Source: a virus
Lineage: Duplodnaviria; Caudoviricetes
Length of the DNA: 64,000 nt
IMG/VR virus record: IMGVR_UViG_3300029288_000092
Location: 32,001-96,000 of that record
Reading direction: 5' to 3' (one strand)
Under the pieces are notes generated by a model. That model saw only the letters and a list, made by a program, of their open reading frames with translations, ran no database searches and was not told the origin of the DNA. This document shows positions 9,363 through 20,096 of this stretch, one piece after another. The translations under genes were made by a program, and so were the position numbers. Positions within the stretch are counted from its first letter, which is position 1. Every line of letters starts with the position of its first letter.

Positions 9363-11492
9363 TTATATAGTCTTATAATATATAAATACAAATCCGAGAA
9401 TATTGAGAACGACATCCATATTAAAATCAATTGTTATACCTGCAATATCATTTGCTGCTAGATCGGTGAAATATGGAGCCATATCAAATTCAGTTACTAT
9501 CCCGGAGGTCACAGAAAATGAAATTCCGGAAACTGACTGGGTATGATTTGTTGAACTTTCCCCAACGGTTGCATAACTCGAATCAATAGTTGCGGTTGTT
9601 GTTGAGTTATCTACAGCTGGAATGAACATAAGTTTTATAGATATCATACTATAAAAATCGGGAGGGGTAACAAAAGAAAACCTAATTGGATCTTTTGCAT
9701 TTTTTTCCATAATCTGATAATTTCCATAATTCTTATTATATGTAACAGGAATAAATAATTCTTGTACCTTAAAAGGAAATGATTTTGTGCATAGAATCCA
9801 CTGAGTTCCATCATCCAAATATAATCCACCAGTATCACTTGCATGGAAATATCTTCCAGGTGTCCCAAATGCTGGCATGTTGGCAAATGTATTTATCAGA
9901 GTTTTTCCTATGAAATGTTTATTGGAACCATCACCTATAAATACTTCTTTGGTATCAGTTGCAAACGCAACTTCTCCTAAACTGAGACTCCCAGAATCTA
10001 TTTCTGAACGAGTTCCACTCATTAATTTAATTTCAACATCTGGGCTCGTGATAGTTGCAGCATCTATAGATGTTATCCAATCATTCAAATTCCCAGATGA
10101 ATTACTCTTAGGAATTAAATTAGCACCAGGACTTGAAGTTGAAATTTCATCTAGCCCACCATCCTGATGAGAAGTTGCATGTGTTGTTGGATATCTATCA
10201 TCTGTCATTCTAGCATCAGAATTTGTTACATATTTATTTGTAGATGAAGGTGTTCCATCGGTACCATCCAAAGCATCTTTTTGATCATTGGTTGGTAAAT
10301 ATCCATGATCAGTTGAAGACATTAATCCATTCAATGAATCTGTTGAATATTGTGTTGCTTCGGTATGTTCATTGGCATCCAGATGATAATACTCATTGGT
10401 ATCCCCACCTTGTAAACCTGTTAACATATCGTGATGAGTGACACTTGCTCTCGGTAACCAATCACCACTGAGAACATACACATATTCGGTTTCATCATCC
10501 TTATTTAAAATTGCAAATCCAACATCGGGAATAATTTCAAACCACCCTGCCGTTTTATATTGGTATACATAACTCTCAGTCCATCCATTTCCAGACACAT
10601 CACATACATATCTATCATCAATAGCTGGACTTATTGGTAAACCAACTGAAGCATCCCAAAATGATATAATTGATTTCTGCCATGCTAAACCATCTATAGC
10701 AGAATCAATATTATCGTTGATTTTATAGGAAGACCATAATTTTGTGTGACTAGTATCGGCATCATCCAATTCACTATGAATTGATGTATCGTCAATATGA
10801 TCTCTAGCTTCTTCTGCATCAACCACATGCATAGAATCATTTATTTGTGTCACATAGCCAGTGGAAAGTTCAGATAATTTTACTTTCCCATATGTGGTTC
10901 CATCTGCAACATCATCTATGCTACCAGTCAAATCAGATAGTGCATATACACTAATTTTATTCCATGCAGTACCATCATCCACCCATGTTTCTTTTGTATC
11001 TGTTGCATAAAACAATCTCCCATTATTTCCGGCCAATGGTCTATTTATAAACAAATCAATCAATACTTTCCCATCTGGATTATTTGTTAGATTGTCCCAA
11101 TGAACACTAGATAATCCACTCGTTTGTAGTTGTGTTTGAGTGTAATATCTAATATCTCCTCTGGAATCTGTCAAATATTGTGTATGATCATCGGCATCCA
11201 GATTTAATAAAACAGAATGACTTATTGATGACGCAGCAGATGATGCTTGTTCCCAATAATAATCACCAGAAACATTTTTAAGACATACATATAAAATAGT
11301 CTGGTCTCCAATACCAGGAGCTATCCAAAATTTAGCATAATATTCTTCTGCTGGGGTTGGTAAAACACCAACCCCAATCACAGGCATATCAAATTCTGAA
11401 TTTAATATTAGTTTTTTTGAATCATCATATTCGACATGTCTAATAAACAATCCGGAATATTGCCCAACTAAACCATATTGTTTTTCTATCAT
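9363..11492 (-). CDS. Tail fibre/minor structural protein
   Basis: ADDHTQYL, HATSHQDGGLDEI, and an Mtd/hyaluronidase-N-like segment LSLGEVAFATDTKEVFIGDG. Confidence 0.75.
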   Translation of the reverse strand: MIEKQYGLVGQYSGLFIRHVEYDDSKKLILNSEFDMPVIGVGVLPTPAEEYYAKFWIAPGIGDQTILYVCLKNVSGDYYWEQASSAASSISHSVLLNLDADDHTQYLTDSRGDIRYYTQTQLQTSGLSSVHWDNLTNNPDGKVLIDLFINRPLAGNNGRLFYATDTKETWVDDGTAWNKISVYALSDLTGSIDDVADGTTYGKVKLSELSTGYVTQINDSMHVVDAEEARDHIDDTSIHSELDDADTSHTKLWSSYKINDNIDSAIDGLAWQKSIISFWDASVGLPISPAIDDRYVCDVSGNGWTESYVYQYKTAGWFEIIPDVGFAILNKDDETEYVYVLSGDWLPRASVTHHDMLTGLQGGDTNEYYHLDANEHTEATQYSTDSLNGLMSSTDHGYLPTNDQKDALDGTDGTPSSTNKYVTNSDARMTDDRYPTTHATSHQDGGLDEISTSSPGANLIPKSNSSGNLNDWITSIDAATITSPDVEIKLMSGTRSEIDSGSLSLGEVAFATDTKEVFIGDGSNKHFIGKTLINTFANMPAFGTPGRYFHASDTGGLYLDDGTQWILCTKSFPFKVQELFIPVTYNKNYGNYQIMEKNAKDPIRFSFVTPPDFYSMISIKLMFIPAVDNSTTTATIDSSYATVGESSTNHTQSVSGISFSVTSGIVTEFDMAPYFTDLAANDIAGITIDFNMDVVLNILGFVFIYYKTI

Positions 11493-11517
11493 TAGTTAAT
11501 CTCCAATCAAATTTTAT

Positions 11518-11660
11518 GTGAACTACCCAGACCACAATGATCTGAGCTTCCTACTTCATCGCTCTCGTTGTATGAGTAGCTCTGTAGGCTCTACGGCCAG
11601 TCCCTGGCCTATAAAATTCTGATTCTGTAACCCCATATTCTTAATGTTCTTCGCTGCGTT
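11518..11660 (-). ncRNA. Putative omegaRNA/reRNA scaffold (5' boundary uncertain)
   Basis: Overlaps the tnpB 3' end and the right-end hairpin, which is the established location of TnpB guide scaffolds. Confidence 0.5.
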
Positions 11661-12206
11661 TACATCTCTGTCATGTGTGGTGTTACACATAGAACAAGTC
11701 CATAATCTATCGCCAAGAGTTAAGTATTGATTGATAGCTCCGCAGCTGCTACACATCTTAGAAGATGGTTCGAATCTACCTATTCGGAGCAAGTTCTTTC
11801 CATACCAGTCACATTTGTAGGTTAGATACTCGTTGAACTTACTCCAACTCACATCAGCTATGCTTCTTGCTAAGCAGTGATTCTTTAACATTCCTGCCAC
11901 GTTTAAGTCTTCTATTATAAGCGCACTCACTTGGTTCTCATGAGTCAACTGGTATGTCAGCTTGTGTAAGAAATCTTTTCTTGTGTTAGCTATCTTTTCG
12001 TGTAGCAAAGCTACACTAAAGTTAGCTTTCTTTCTGTTTTCACTCCCTTTCATCTTTCTAGAAGCACGTCTCTGTAAGACTTGCAATTTCTTAAGACCCC
12101 TCTTAAGAGGCTTGAGATTATCAATCTTAGTCCCATCTGAAAAGGTAGCAAAGTGTTTGATTCCTAAGTCAATCCCAAGAGTAGTCGCTTCCGTCACTAC
12201 TGACAA
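11556..12206 (-). pseudogene. tnpB: TnpB, C-terminal 216 aa only (RuvC + Zn ribbon)
   Basis: GIDLG, IIEDLNV, CSSCG...CSMC and HDRDVNAAKNI motifs; N-terminal REC/WED region is missing. Confidence 0.9.
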
Positions 12207-12211
12207 GACTT

Positions 12212-13900
12212 TTAAATTGATATTCCAAGATGTGATGTTAGAGCGATAACTATTCTGTCAACAGATTCCTGTAAATTAATAGGATCTGCCACATTCCATG
12301 GATTCAAAATTGTTGATGTTCCTGTTTCAGGTCCACCAGAGAATGCATGTACAAATGAATATGAATTATCTGTTAATTTTGTTATAACATATGTTCCATC
12401 AAAATTTGTGGTTCCAGATATTGTAACAGTTTGATTATCAATCAATCCATGATTAGTATGTGTTACAACTGCATTTGATCCATCTCCGGTTATATTTACA
12501 GATCCACCGGAAACTGAAAATGTTTTAGAATAATTGAAGTTAACCAATAAATTATTTAAAGCATCTTTAACAGTCACACCCGAAACACTCGAATCATTAG
12601 CAACCATGCTCGCTGGTTCATATATAAATGCTGTTCCAGACAATGCTCCACCATTAACAAATAAACCTGAAACATATGTCACTGCAGATCCGGCGGAAAC
12701 TCCACCCCATGTTATAACACCATCTAAAGCATTTGATAACCCGACCACAGCACCATTATTTATATCTATTGCAGAACCACCACCAAGATTTGAAACAAAA
12801 GAACTGGTTGCCATAAAAACACCAGCAATTGATTTGACAACAGGTTCGGCTGGACTATTTGCAAACAATTGCATCTGATCAACAGAAATTCTTCCACCAA
12901 TCTGTTTCACTGCATATTTATTAATTGTATTTGCTTTTAAAGTTCCATTTGTTAGACTGATCAATCCTGAATTAGCTGTTAAAACATCATTCAGCAAAGA
13001 TTGAACAGTAACATTAAATCCTGTTAAATCTGCGTTTGTTGTTATTTGTCCATCAATTGAATATAAATTTAATGCATTAGTCGCACCATTAATTGATAAA
13101 ATTCCTTCAAATTTAAAATTACCAAGATCACATGTTCCGACGCCTGTTGCCAAATTTCCAGACACTGTTGTCCTATGTAATCCCGAACCAAAAAGACTGA
13201 CATTATCAGGCAAATTTGTAGAAGCATATGTTCCTGGAGCCAATAGAATTAAATCACCGGAAGAAGCAACACTAGTTGCAGCAGCCATAGTTAAGAAAGG
13301 ATTTCCTTCCGTTCCGTCTCCGTTTAAATCATCTCCATTCATAGAAACATGAATAACCTTACTAACCCCATGACCAACAAACGATAATTTTTCTTCTGAT
13401 CCAACAAATCCAGCCATCCATGAATCAGATGCTTCATCAAAATAAAGTCTAGTGTCTGTTAAAGTTCCCCTCTTTACAATAAATCCAGAAAAACCAGCAG
13501 TTACACCAGCACCAGTTTCTCCATCATTTAAAATAATTTCATTATCTTCTGTTTTGACTTGTGTAGTTTCAAGTGATGTAATATTCTGAGTAACAAAACT
13601 TCCCTGAACCGTAACATCACCAGAAAAAATTTTATTTCCACCAATGGTTTCATTTCCAACAACATGAACATAATCACTTTCAATAAAATCAGTAACATCT
13701 GCTTTTAAATGTGTATGACCACCTGGAAGCATAAATGCTGCAACATCATCAATATCAACTACATTATTAACGGATTCAATTTTTCCAGAAGGTATAAATG
13801 CTTTATCGTCATTATCTAAAGGTTCACCTAACGCCCTTGAATTTGGTTTCCTAGAAATCAAAACTGCTCTATTAAGATCTGCCATTTCTTTTTCCTCCAA
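12212..13900 (-). CDS. Tail fibre/spike with pectin-lyase-like beta-helix (likely start MADLNR at 13885)
   Basis: HVSMNGDDLNGDGTEGNPFLT...LAPGTY...VSLFGSG; C-terminal HGLIDNQTVTISGT...GTYVI beta domain. Confidence 0.7.
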   Translation of the reverse strand: MEEKEMADLNRAVLISRKPNSRALGEPLDNDDKAFIPSGKIESVNNVVDIDDVAAFMLPGGHTHLKADVTDFIESDYVHVVGNETIGGNKIFSGDVTVQGSFVTQNITSLETTQVKTEDNEIILNDGETGAGVTAGFSGFIVKRGTLTDTRLYFDEASDSWMAGFVGSEEKLSFVGHGVSKVIHVSMNGDDLNGDGTEGNPFLTMAAATSVASSGDLILLAPGTYASTNLPDNVSLFGSGLHRTTVSGNLATGVGTCDLGNFKFEGILSINGATNALNLYSIDGQITTNADLTGFNVTVQSLLNDVLTANSGLISLTNGTLKANTINKYAVKQIGGRISVDQMQLFANSPAEPVVKSIAGVFMATSSFVSNLGGGSAIDINNGAVVGLSNALDGVITWGGVSAGSAVTYVSGLFVNGGALSGTAFIYEPASMVANDSSVSGVTVKDALNNLLVNFNYSKTFSVSGGSVNITGDGSNAVVTHTNHGLIDNQTVTISGTTNFDGTYVITKLTDNSYSFVHAFSGGPETGTSTILNPWNVADPINLQESVDRIVIALTSHLGISI

Positions 13901-13913
13901 TTTTATAAATTAA

Positions 13914-13938
13914 AAGAGAGAGATTTTGTCTCTCTCTT
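13914..13938 (-). terminator. Intrinsic terminator-like hairpin
   Basis: Inverted repeat AAGAGAGAGA/TCTCTCTCTT at the end of the 13937 gene. Confidence 0.5.
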
Positions 13939-16870
13939 AGCTACCAACGATAGCATAATCAGAAATTCTAAATTCCATTTCTGTGGAACTTACAGAAAAT
14001 CCCAATTTTAAAACAATTTGTCCGGATCCACTTGGCGCAGTTTCAGTCATAGATCCTGCTGTAGATGCTGATAAATAAATATTTTTATTAGATCCAGTAA
14101 AAGATAATCCACTTAATTTTCCAAATTTTCTAACTGTTAATTCATCACCATCTATAGATTCAACTATACCCAAGACTCTGAAATAATCCGATTCACTTCC
14201 AGCCCTTGCCTTTGTTGCTTTATTACTATCATTTATTGCAACAACTTGACCAAGAGTTATAGTTTCACCACTATCTTTTTCATATACACTAAATAAATCA
14301 GATTCAATATCATTTAGAATACTTATATTTACGCCCGAATCTTGTAAATTTCCACTTACATCAAATTCTGCAAAATTTCCGTCTGTAAATGAAACTGTTT
14401 CAGTTTTATCATCAAGATCAGATTTCAAAGTATCTAACGCATCAGAAATTGTAGTTCCTGCTATAGTTGTATCATTATCAAAATCATCTGATCCCTGCCT
14501 AAAAAGCACGCCTAAACCATTTAATACCCCAACAAGAAAATGTAAATTATCAACAATAACAGAAGAATTGTTTATCACATCTCCATATAACATAACATCA
14601 ACCAATATATGTGGAATTGGAGCGGAGTTATCTAAAAGAATAGAACTTCCTCCTCCAACATTTATAGATGTTCCAGATGTTACCATCAATCTACCACCTG
14701 AAACATGAATCAATGGATCTATAGAAACATTTCCTCTGACATCCACTGAAGATAAATTTAGCGTTGCATTTGATTGTTGTATAGCTTTTTGGCCATCTGG
14801 TGCATGCACTGAAGAATTCATAAATGACACCACGGCATTTGGATCAGTATTTCCGACATATAATGGAACACCAGAAACTGACCTGATTGTGAAGTCATTA
14901 GATGTTAAATCACCAGCAGCTATAACAACATTACCAGTTGAATATACTGCATAAACACTTAAAGTCGCATTAGATGTTATTGTTCCACCTGAATGATTTA
15001 TATCCCTAAAAACTCCAGTACCACCAGAGAAAGAAATATTTCCCATAATATGTGTTCTATGCAATCCAGATCCTTGCAAAGATACATTGGAAGGAATAAC
15101 AATCCCGGACATTGTTTCATCATATACTCCGGGACCAAGATATATTATTTCACCTGCTGATGCTATGGATGCAGCAAATGCCAACGATTTATAAGGCATT
15201 GCGATTGATCCATTTTCTCCAACATGTGAACTATTTACATCGACGTATATTATTTTATTAAATCCAACTGACAACTGAAGATCACCAATGTTAGATGCAA
15301 CCCAATTTCCAGAACCAACATCAAACCTCAAAACATCATATGGGTTCGGAGAAGCAGCATCAACATCATTTAAACCGTCCAATGCCAAATCCACATACAA
15401 ATGATTTCCAATATCATATTTAATTGTATCTGCATCTACTTTACTAGCTAAATATCCAGCTGTATCTCCACTGTGCATTTTGACCAATTCATCAGTTCCA
15501 GATACAGTTCCAAATTCCAAACCCGATTCATCAACTTTAACAACTACGGATTTTCCTGATTGCCCAACATAATTACTAGGAACATCATTTAAGTCAATAA
15601 AATCATGAGTATGGGTGGTATCAGATTTCCCGGATAAGAAACTGTCAATTTCACTTTCTTGATAATATATATCATCGTGATTGTGTGCGTCAGGAGGAAA
15701 TGTGGATGGTTTATTATCAACATTATCCCAATGAACAGAACCACCACCACCAGAAGTATTTAATTCAGTTTTTGTATAATAAAGCGTATTGTGGTCATGT
15801 GATGCTGGAGCAAATACACCAGGTATAACTTCCATGACGTGCAGAGTCCCATCAATTCTTAAAGTAACACCATCAACTTTATCAACTAATCTTCCAGGAG
15901 ATGCATCCGTATAGTCAGCAAGAACATTTATATCTGACATGGCAGTAAAAATAAGACCGTCACCAGCTGGATTAACAACTACCGATTCTCCAGGAAATCC
16001 ATATCCAATCGGAGTATCTGTTAAATCAATAAATCTATGGGTATGAACCGTATTTGCTTTCCCGGATAAAGAACTATCAACTTGAGATTTAGTGTAATAC
16101 AAACTACCATGATTATGAAGACTGCTTGCATCTAACCCACCAGTTAATGAATTATGTTGTGTAGATGTAAGATGATAATATTCAACAAGAGGAACACTTC
16201 CACCCTGTAAATTTTCCAATAGTGAATGATCGACTTTAGTGGTTCCTACCGATAATAATGCCTTCAGTGTATTTAAGTGTTCGGTTGCTGTTAAATGCCA
16301 ATGCCCACTCGGAACATCTCCACCTAATAATCCACCCAACGCTTCGTGATTTCCAACACCAGGAAGATTAACCCAAGCAGCTCCATTATATAAATAAATT
16401 CTATCTTGATCCTCAACATAGGATGCATATCCTTTGTTTGGCATAGTATAAGACCAAGCTGGAATATTTGCATTATATTGAGCAACCTGATTTGTTTTTC
16501 CGGCCCAAGCTCCCGTAGCACCAGCAGGAATTATATACCTATCTCTATTTGCTGGTGTTGGAGGTGGTGTAATTGTAGTTGAACTTAAAACTGATTGTTG
16601 CCAATCAATCTGATTCACAATATCAATCACAAAATCATATATCTGCTGTGAAGACCACATAACAGCATTGCTCGGTCCACCAATATCATTTAACTGAGCA
16701 CCATCTAAAAATTGAACATTTAAATTATTAACAAGAGCGGTGCTATTTACGACAAATGGTGCAGCTACAGTTTCTGATAGTGCAAGAGTCTTTAATGACG
16801 CACCATGTATACTTGGATCAATAACTGCAGGATCATTTGTCGTAGTATCGAATCTTAATAAAACTTCCAT
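13937..16870 (-). CDS. Multidomain fibre: DUF2793-like domain, beta-helix and C-terminal capsid-cement-like domain
   Basis: TPPPTPANRDRYIIPAGATGAWAG...YVEDQDRIYLYNGAAW; YLGPGVY...VSLQGSG; GETITLGQVV...YLSASTAG..T.TAP. Confidence 0.75.
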   Translation of the reverse strand: MEVLLRFDTTTNDPAVIDPSIHGASLKTLALSETVAAPFVVNSTALVNNLNVQFLDGAQLNDIGGPSNAVMWSSQQIYDFVIDIVNQIDWQQSVLSSTTITPPPTPANRDRYIIPAGATGAWAGKTNQVAQYNANIPAWSYTMPNKGYASYVEDQDRIYLYNGAAWVNLPGVGNHEALGGLLGGDVPSGHWHLTATEHLNTLKALLSVGTTKVDHSLLENLQGGSVPLVEYYHLTSTQHNSLTGGLDASSLHNHGSLYYTKSQVDSSLSGKANTVHTHRFIDLTDTPIGYGFPGESVVVNPAGDGLIFTAMSDINVLADYTDASPGRLVDKVDGVTLRIDGTLHVMEVIPGVFAPASHDHNTLYYTKTELNTSGGGGSVHWDNVDNKPSTFPPDAHNHDDIYYQESEIDSFLSGKSDTTHTHDFIDLNDVPSNYVGQSGKSVVVKVDESGLEFGTVSGTDELVKMHSGDTAGYLASKVDADTIKYDIGNHLYVDLALDGLNDVDAASPNPYDVLRFDVGSGNWVASNIGDLQLSVGFNKIIYVDVNSSHVGENGSIAMPYKSLAFAASIASAGEIIYLGPGVYDETMSGIVIPSNVSLQGSGLHRTHIMGNISFSGGTGVFRDINHSGGTITSNATLSVYAVYSTGNVVIAAGDLTSNDFTIRSVSGVPLYVGNTDPNAVVSFMNSSVHAPDGQKAIQQSNATLNLSSVDVRGNVSIDPLIHVSGGRLMVTSGTSINVGGGSSILLDNSAPIPHILVDVMLYGDVINNSSVIVDNLHFLVGVLNGLGVLFRQGSDDFDNDTTIAGTTISDALDTLKSDLDDKTETVSFTDGNFAEFDVSGNLQDSGVNISILNDIESDLFSVYEKDSGETITLGQVVAINDSNKATKARAGSESDYFRVLGIVESIDGDELTVRKFGKLSGLSFTGSNKNIYLSASTAGSMTETAPSGSGQIVLKLGFSVSSTEMEFRISDYAIVGS

Positions 16871-16894
16871 TAGTTTATCCTCCCTAATAGATAT

Positions 16895-17488
16895 TTAGGA
16901 AACTCTATTGTTAAATTTTAGTCTTTTCCAAACAATTTTTTCTTTTCTATATGTATCATCGCCCATTATATAATATGTTCTTGCAAATAGGGCAATGGAT
17001 AATGCATCGTATAAGTCAAAGCCAGTATAATCTTCTGACCATGGAATCTTTTTAATATTTTCCAAACATACTTTTTTTGTTTCTTCCTTTTTAGCAAAAC
17101 CATTTCCAGTTACACATTTTTTAACGGCACATGGTGGAAAAATTTCATATTTAAACCCACCAGCTAATAACATCAGTTTTATATATCCACCAAGTTCTGC
17201 TAGTTTGGTGGTGCTATTAGATTTGGAATTATATGAATATCCCTCAACCCCAACAAAAGAATCTTTATATTTGTTTAGAATGTTGAATAAATTAATACTT
17301 ACAAAATTTATTTTCATTGTTAAATTAATATGCTGTTTATCGTGAAAATGTTTTGGAAGAATTATTTTGTTATGTTGAGGAGTTACTGTATCTCGAAAAT
17401 ATAAATAATCTATTATTTTTTTCTTCTCATCAATTACAACCATCCCAGTATTATTAACAGATAAATCTAAGCCTATAAAATTCATCAT
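16895..17488 (-). CDS. ruvC: RuvC-like Holliday junction resolvase
   Basis: IGLDLS...TG, VEGYSY, LAELGG, PCAVKKCVTGNG.AKKE, DLYDALSIA. Confidence 0.85.
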   Translation of the reverse strand: MMNFIGLDLSVNNTGMVVIDEKKKIIDYLYFRDTVTPQHNKIILPKHFHDKQHINLTMKINFVSINLFNILNKYKDSFVGVEGYSYNSKSNSTTKLAELGGYIKLMLLAGGFKYEIFPPCAVKKCVTGNGFAKKEETKKVCLENIKKIPWSEDYTGFDLYDALSIALFARTYYIMGDDTYRKEKIVWKRLKFNNRVS

Positions 17489-17793
17489 ATTCCTTCTTTT
17501 CCGAAAACAAAGACATACCGATCCATGTCCATATTAAATTTCTTATTTAAATTATCAAAATGTTTCTTAAAATTATTATTCATTTTATCTTTGATTAATA
17601 TTTCATATTTATTATTTTTTTCATTATAGTTGATTGAAAACTTATTACAATCATGTTTATATTTTAAAATATCCAGTAATTCTTGTAGAATTTTTTTGCC
17701 ATTATCATTTACTGTTTCTAACATCAAAGAAACCATTCTTTGTTTATATTTTGGAAATTTGGATTGGATTTTAGATGTTAAATCCGTTCCCAT
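17485..17793 (-). CDS. Hypothetical protein
   Basis: ORF with a 4-nt ATGA overlap onto ruvC. Confidence 0.6.
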   Translation of the reverse strand: MGTDLTSKIQSKFPKYKQRMVSLMLETVNDNGKKILQELLDILKYKHDCNKFSINYNEKNNKYEILIKDKMNNNFKKHFDNLNKKFNMDMDRYVFVFGKEGI

Positions 17794-17939
17794 ATTTGAG
17801 CACCCCCGTTTTATTTATTTCTGCAATACAATTTCTTCTTTTTCCAGATTATCCATCCATTCTTTAAATTTTTTTATTTCTGTGGATAATTCAGAAATAC
17901 ACTTATGTAGCTTTTCTTTTGTTGTCATATTTTCCCCCA

Positions 17940-18314
17940 TCACTTATTCTGTATATAGCTTTTAAAATATATTAGAAGTTCTTTTATTAAACTAGTTAAA
18001 GCCATTATTTCTTTCACTAAATAATCATACTGCTCAAATTCTTTTTCATGGAGATCATATAATTCACTTTCTAATTTATCATTTCTATTTATGATTTCAT
18101 TGAGTTTTTCTCTAACATATTCATGATGACTTTCTAAATTTTCTTTAGTTGCATATCCATTGGTTCCTTTACCAAAATTTACTTTTTTGATGACTATTAT
18201 TAAAACATAACCAAGAATAAATAGAGCAATGGCAGCCAAAGAATAATTTCCGAGTTTTGTGATGTCTATTGATGTCAAATTCATTATGTCTCCTTTAGCA
18301 ATATTTTTAGTCAA
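17940..18314 (-). CDS. Single-TM coiled-coil protein, possible holin
   Basis: LAAIALFILGYVLIIVI followed by a charged helix; function inferred only. Confidence 0.4.
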   Translation of the reverse strand: MTKNIAKGDIMNLTSIDITKLGNYSLAAIALFILGYVLIIVIKKVNFGKGTNGYATKENLESHHEYVREKLNEIINRNDKLESELYDLHEKEFEQYDYLVKEIMALTSLIKELLIYFKSYIQNK

Positions 18315-18323
18315 AAAAATAGT

Positions 18324-18833
18324 TTAGTTAATATTAATTCTCGATAATGCTTGAATTATAAATTTTTTCGATTCATATAAATATCCAATTTTTAAAGAAA
18401 CCCCGGTTGTTGGTTTGAGAGATGTTGCTGTTCCATTCGTTCCCATATAAATCGGACCGACAGCTCCCAAAACTCTAGTGGATTCAAACACACCAGTTGT
18501 TTGAAATTTAACTTGAGCACCAGCAACATAATTATCTGTTGAAATTCCTATAAAATTAACTTTTGCTGGGTTATCTTTATCAGCTTTAACTAACTGACCA
18601 GCAGGATTTAAAGCCAACATATCACCCTGTAATATTGTTTCAGCTGCAACGGCTACTCCAAATAACATTGCTATTTCCTCCTCTACCAATCTAGATCTTT
18701 CGTCTTCAGTTATATCTCTTCCAAAAATATCAGTTGTTGCATATTGGGATTCAAGATGTGCCCGAGTCATATCTATGATTTCACTATATGTATCTTGGGC
18801 ATAATGTATTCTCATTAAAATCCTCCATATCAC
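18324..18833 (-). CDS. Capsid cement/decoration-like protein
   Basis: AAETILQGD...LVKAD...FIGIS...IYMGTNG...KPT...KIGY, similar to the C-terminus of the 13937 protein. Confidence 0.55.
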   Translation of the reverse strand: MIWRILMRIHYAQDTYSEIIDMTRAHLESQYATTDIFGRDITEDERSRLVEEEIAMLFGVAVAAETILQGDMLALNPAGQLVKADKDNPAKVNFIGISTDNYVAGAQVKFQTTGVFESTRVLGAVGPIYMGTNGTATSLKPTTGVSLKIGYLYESKKFIIQALSRININ

Positions 18834-18843
18834 ATTATATTTA

Positions 18844-18856
18844 TTTATTTTTGTTC
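18844..18856 (-). promoter_or_regulatory. Putative phage promoter motif GAACAAAAATAAA
   Basis: Sits at the head of the leftward structural operon; recurrent motif. Confidence 0.55.
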
Positions 18857-19053
18857 ACCGTTAATATATTTTTTTATACATTGAAAAAGTAAATATATTA
18901 TTTTATTGTAGAGGAGTAGTTTATTTATTTTTTTCAATTGGTTATGCGGAGGTGTATTGGTTGTGTTAGAAGGTTTATTAATTTTGGTTATCGTTGCAAC
19001 ATTAGCAAGAATTGCAAATATAAAATAAAAATAAAATTTACGAGGTGGAATAA

Positions 19054-19203
19054 ATGTTGATCTGGTTATTATTAAAAATATCATTGGCCTCTTTGTTTTT
19101 ATTATTGATAGCAAAAACATATACAAAATTTTTCAATATACCAATTATGAATTTTGACAAAACATATTTTGTTGATTCTAGATTGGTAGAAATAGCTGGA
19201 TAA
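19054..19203 (+). CDS. Small membrane peptide (49 aa, MLIWLLLKISLASLFLLLIAK...)
   Basis: GAGGTG RBS, ATG at 19054, TAA at 19201; below the ORF-track size cutoff. Confidence 0.5.
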   Translation: MLIWLLLKISLASLFLLLIAKTYTKFFNIPIMNFDKTYFVDSRLVEIAG

Positions 19204-19250
19204 CTCCAGCTTTTTATTTTTAACATATAAAGGAGGAAGTATAAAGTGTA

Positions 19251-20072
19251 ATGAAAAAAAAGAAATACTTTATAGGATGTGATCCAGAAATAAGATTTAA
19301 CTACGACAAATATGAAATTGAATATCATTTATCAGGAAAACACATAGGGCACGATCATTGTAATAAAATAATTGAATTTAGACCTGATGCGGGGAAACCA
19401 ATTCAAGTCACTTCAAATATGGCATATCTTGTTATGTTATTCAAAAAATTTGTTAAAAAAGAAAATTATGATTTATTTTTGACCGGCGGAACCGGATCAC
19501 CATCCACCGGTGGCCATGTTCATTTTGATTATGGAAGTGAAGAAATTATAAACAGAACAATAAATATTATGGCTAAATGGAGCAACAAATTTAATTTATT
19601 AAGAACTGAACCTGGAAGAGATTCTAGGGAAAAACAAGGGTATGGAAATTATTTAGATAAAAGAATAAATGCTCCAACCAGTTTTGAATGGAGAGCACCT
19701 TCATCTTGGTTGAGTGATCCAAGGTGGACGTATTGTATGTTAACAATTGGTTGGGTGGCAGAAAAAAATCTGGATACTTTTGAAAAATCATTAGATTCGT
19801 GGAAAAAACACATAAGACACATAAAACAATATTTAACGGCAAAAGAATGGAAAATGTTTTATCCATACTATAATATGTGGTATTCATACGCAAATAAAAA
19901 CAAATATCTTCCAAATTTTATAAATATCGATAAATGGGAAGAATGGTTGAAAATAGTTCCAGCTAAAATAAAATTTATTTCTAAAAAGGCATTAGAACAA
20001 AATGAATTTGAAATAACGTATTTAATAAATAGAGAAACTGGAAAGTCTGTTCTTGTAAAAAGCAAAAAATGA
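19251..20072 (+). CDS. phiEco32-like COOH-NH2 ligase type 2 (amidoligase)
   Basis: IGCDPE, IEFRPDAG, TGGHVHF, R...GYG...R, FEWRAPSSW motifs. Confidence 0.8.
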   Translation: MKKKKYFIGCDPEIRFNYDKYEIEYHLSGKHIGHDHCNKIIEFRPDAGKPIQVTSNMAYLVMLFKKFVKKENYDLFLTGGTGSPSTGGHVHFDYGSEEIINRTINIMAKWSNKFNLLRTEPGRDSREKQGYGNYLDKRINAPTSFEWRAPSSWLSDPRWTYCMLTIGWVAEKNLDTFEKSLDSWKKHIRHIKQYLTAKEWKMFYPYYNMWYSYANKNKYLPNFINIDKWEEWLKIVPAKIKFISKKALEQNEFEITYLINRETGKSVLVKSKK

Positions 20073-20096
20073 TTTGTGAATCAGATTGGAGGAAAA

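Larger units (their letters stand above)
11518..12211 (-). mobile_element. IS200/IS605-family remnant: truncated tnpB with intact right end
   Basis: Minus strand ends ...GCTCAGATCATTGTGGTCTGGGTAGTTCAC (subterminal hairpin plus TTCAC end). Higher GC than the flanks. No tnpA or left end visible. Confidence 0.85.

Noticed and set aside
11556-12206. Cas12f/CRISPR effector
   Set aside because: No array or cas genes; the IS605-type right end identifies it as TnpB.
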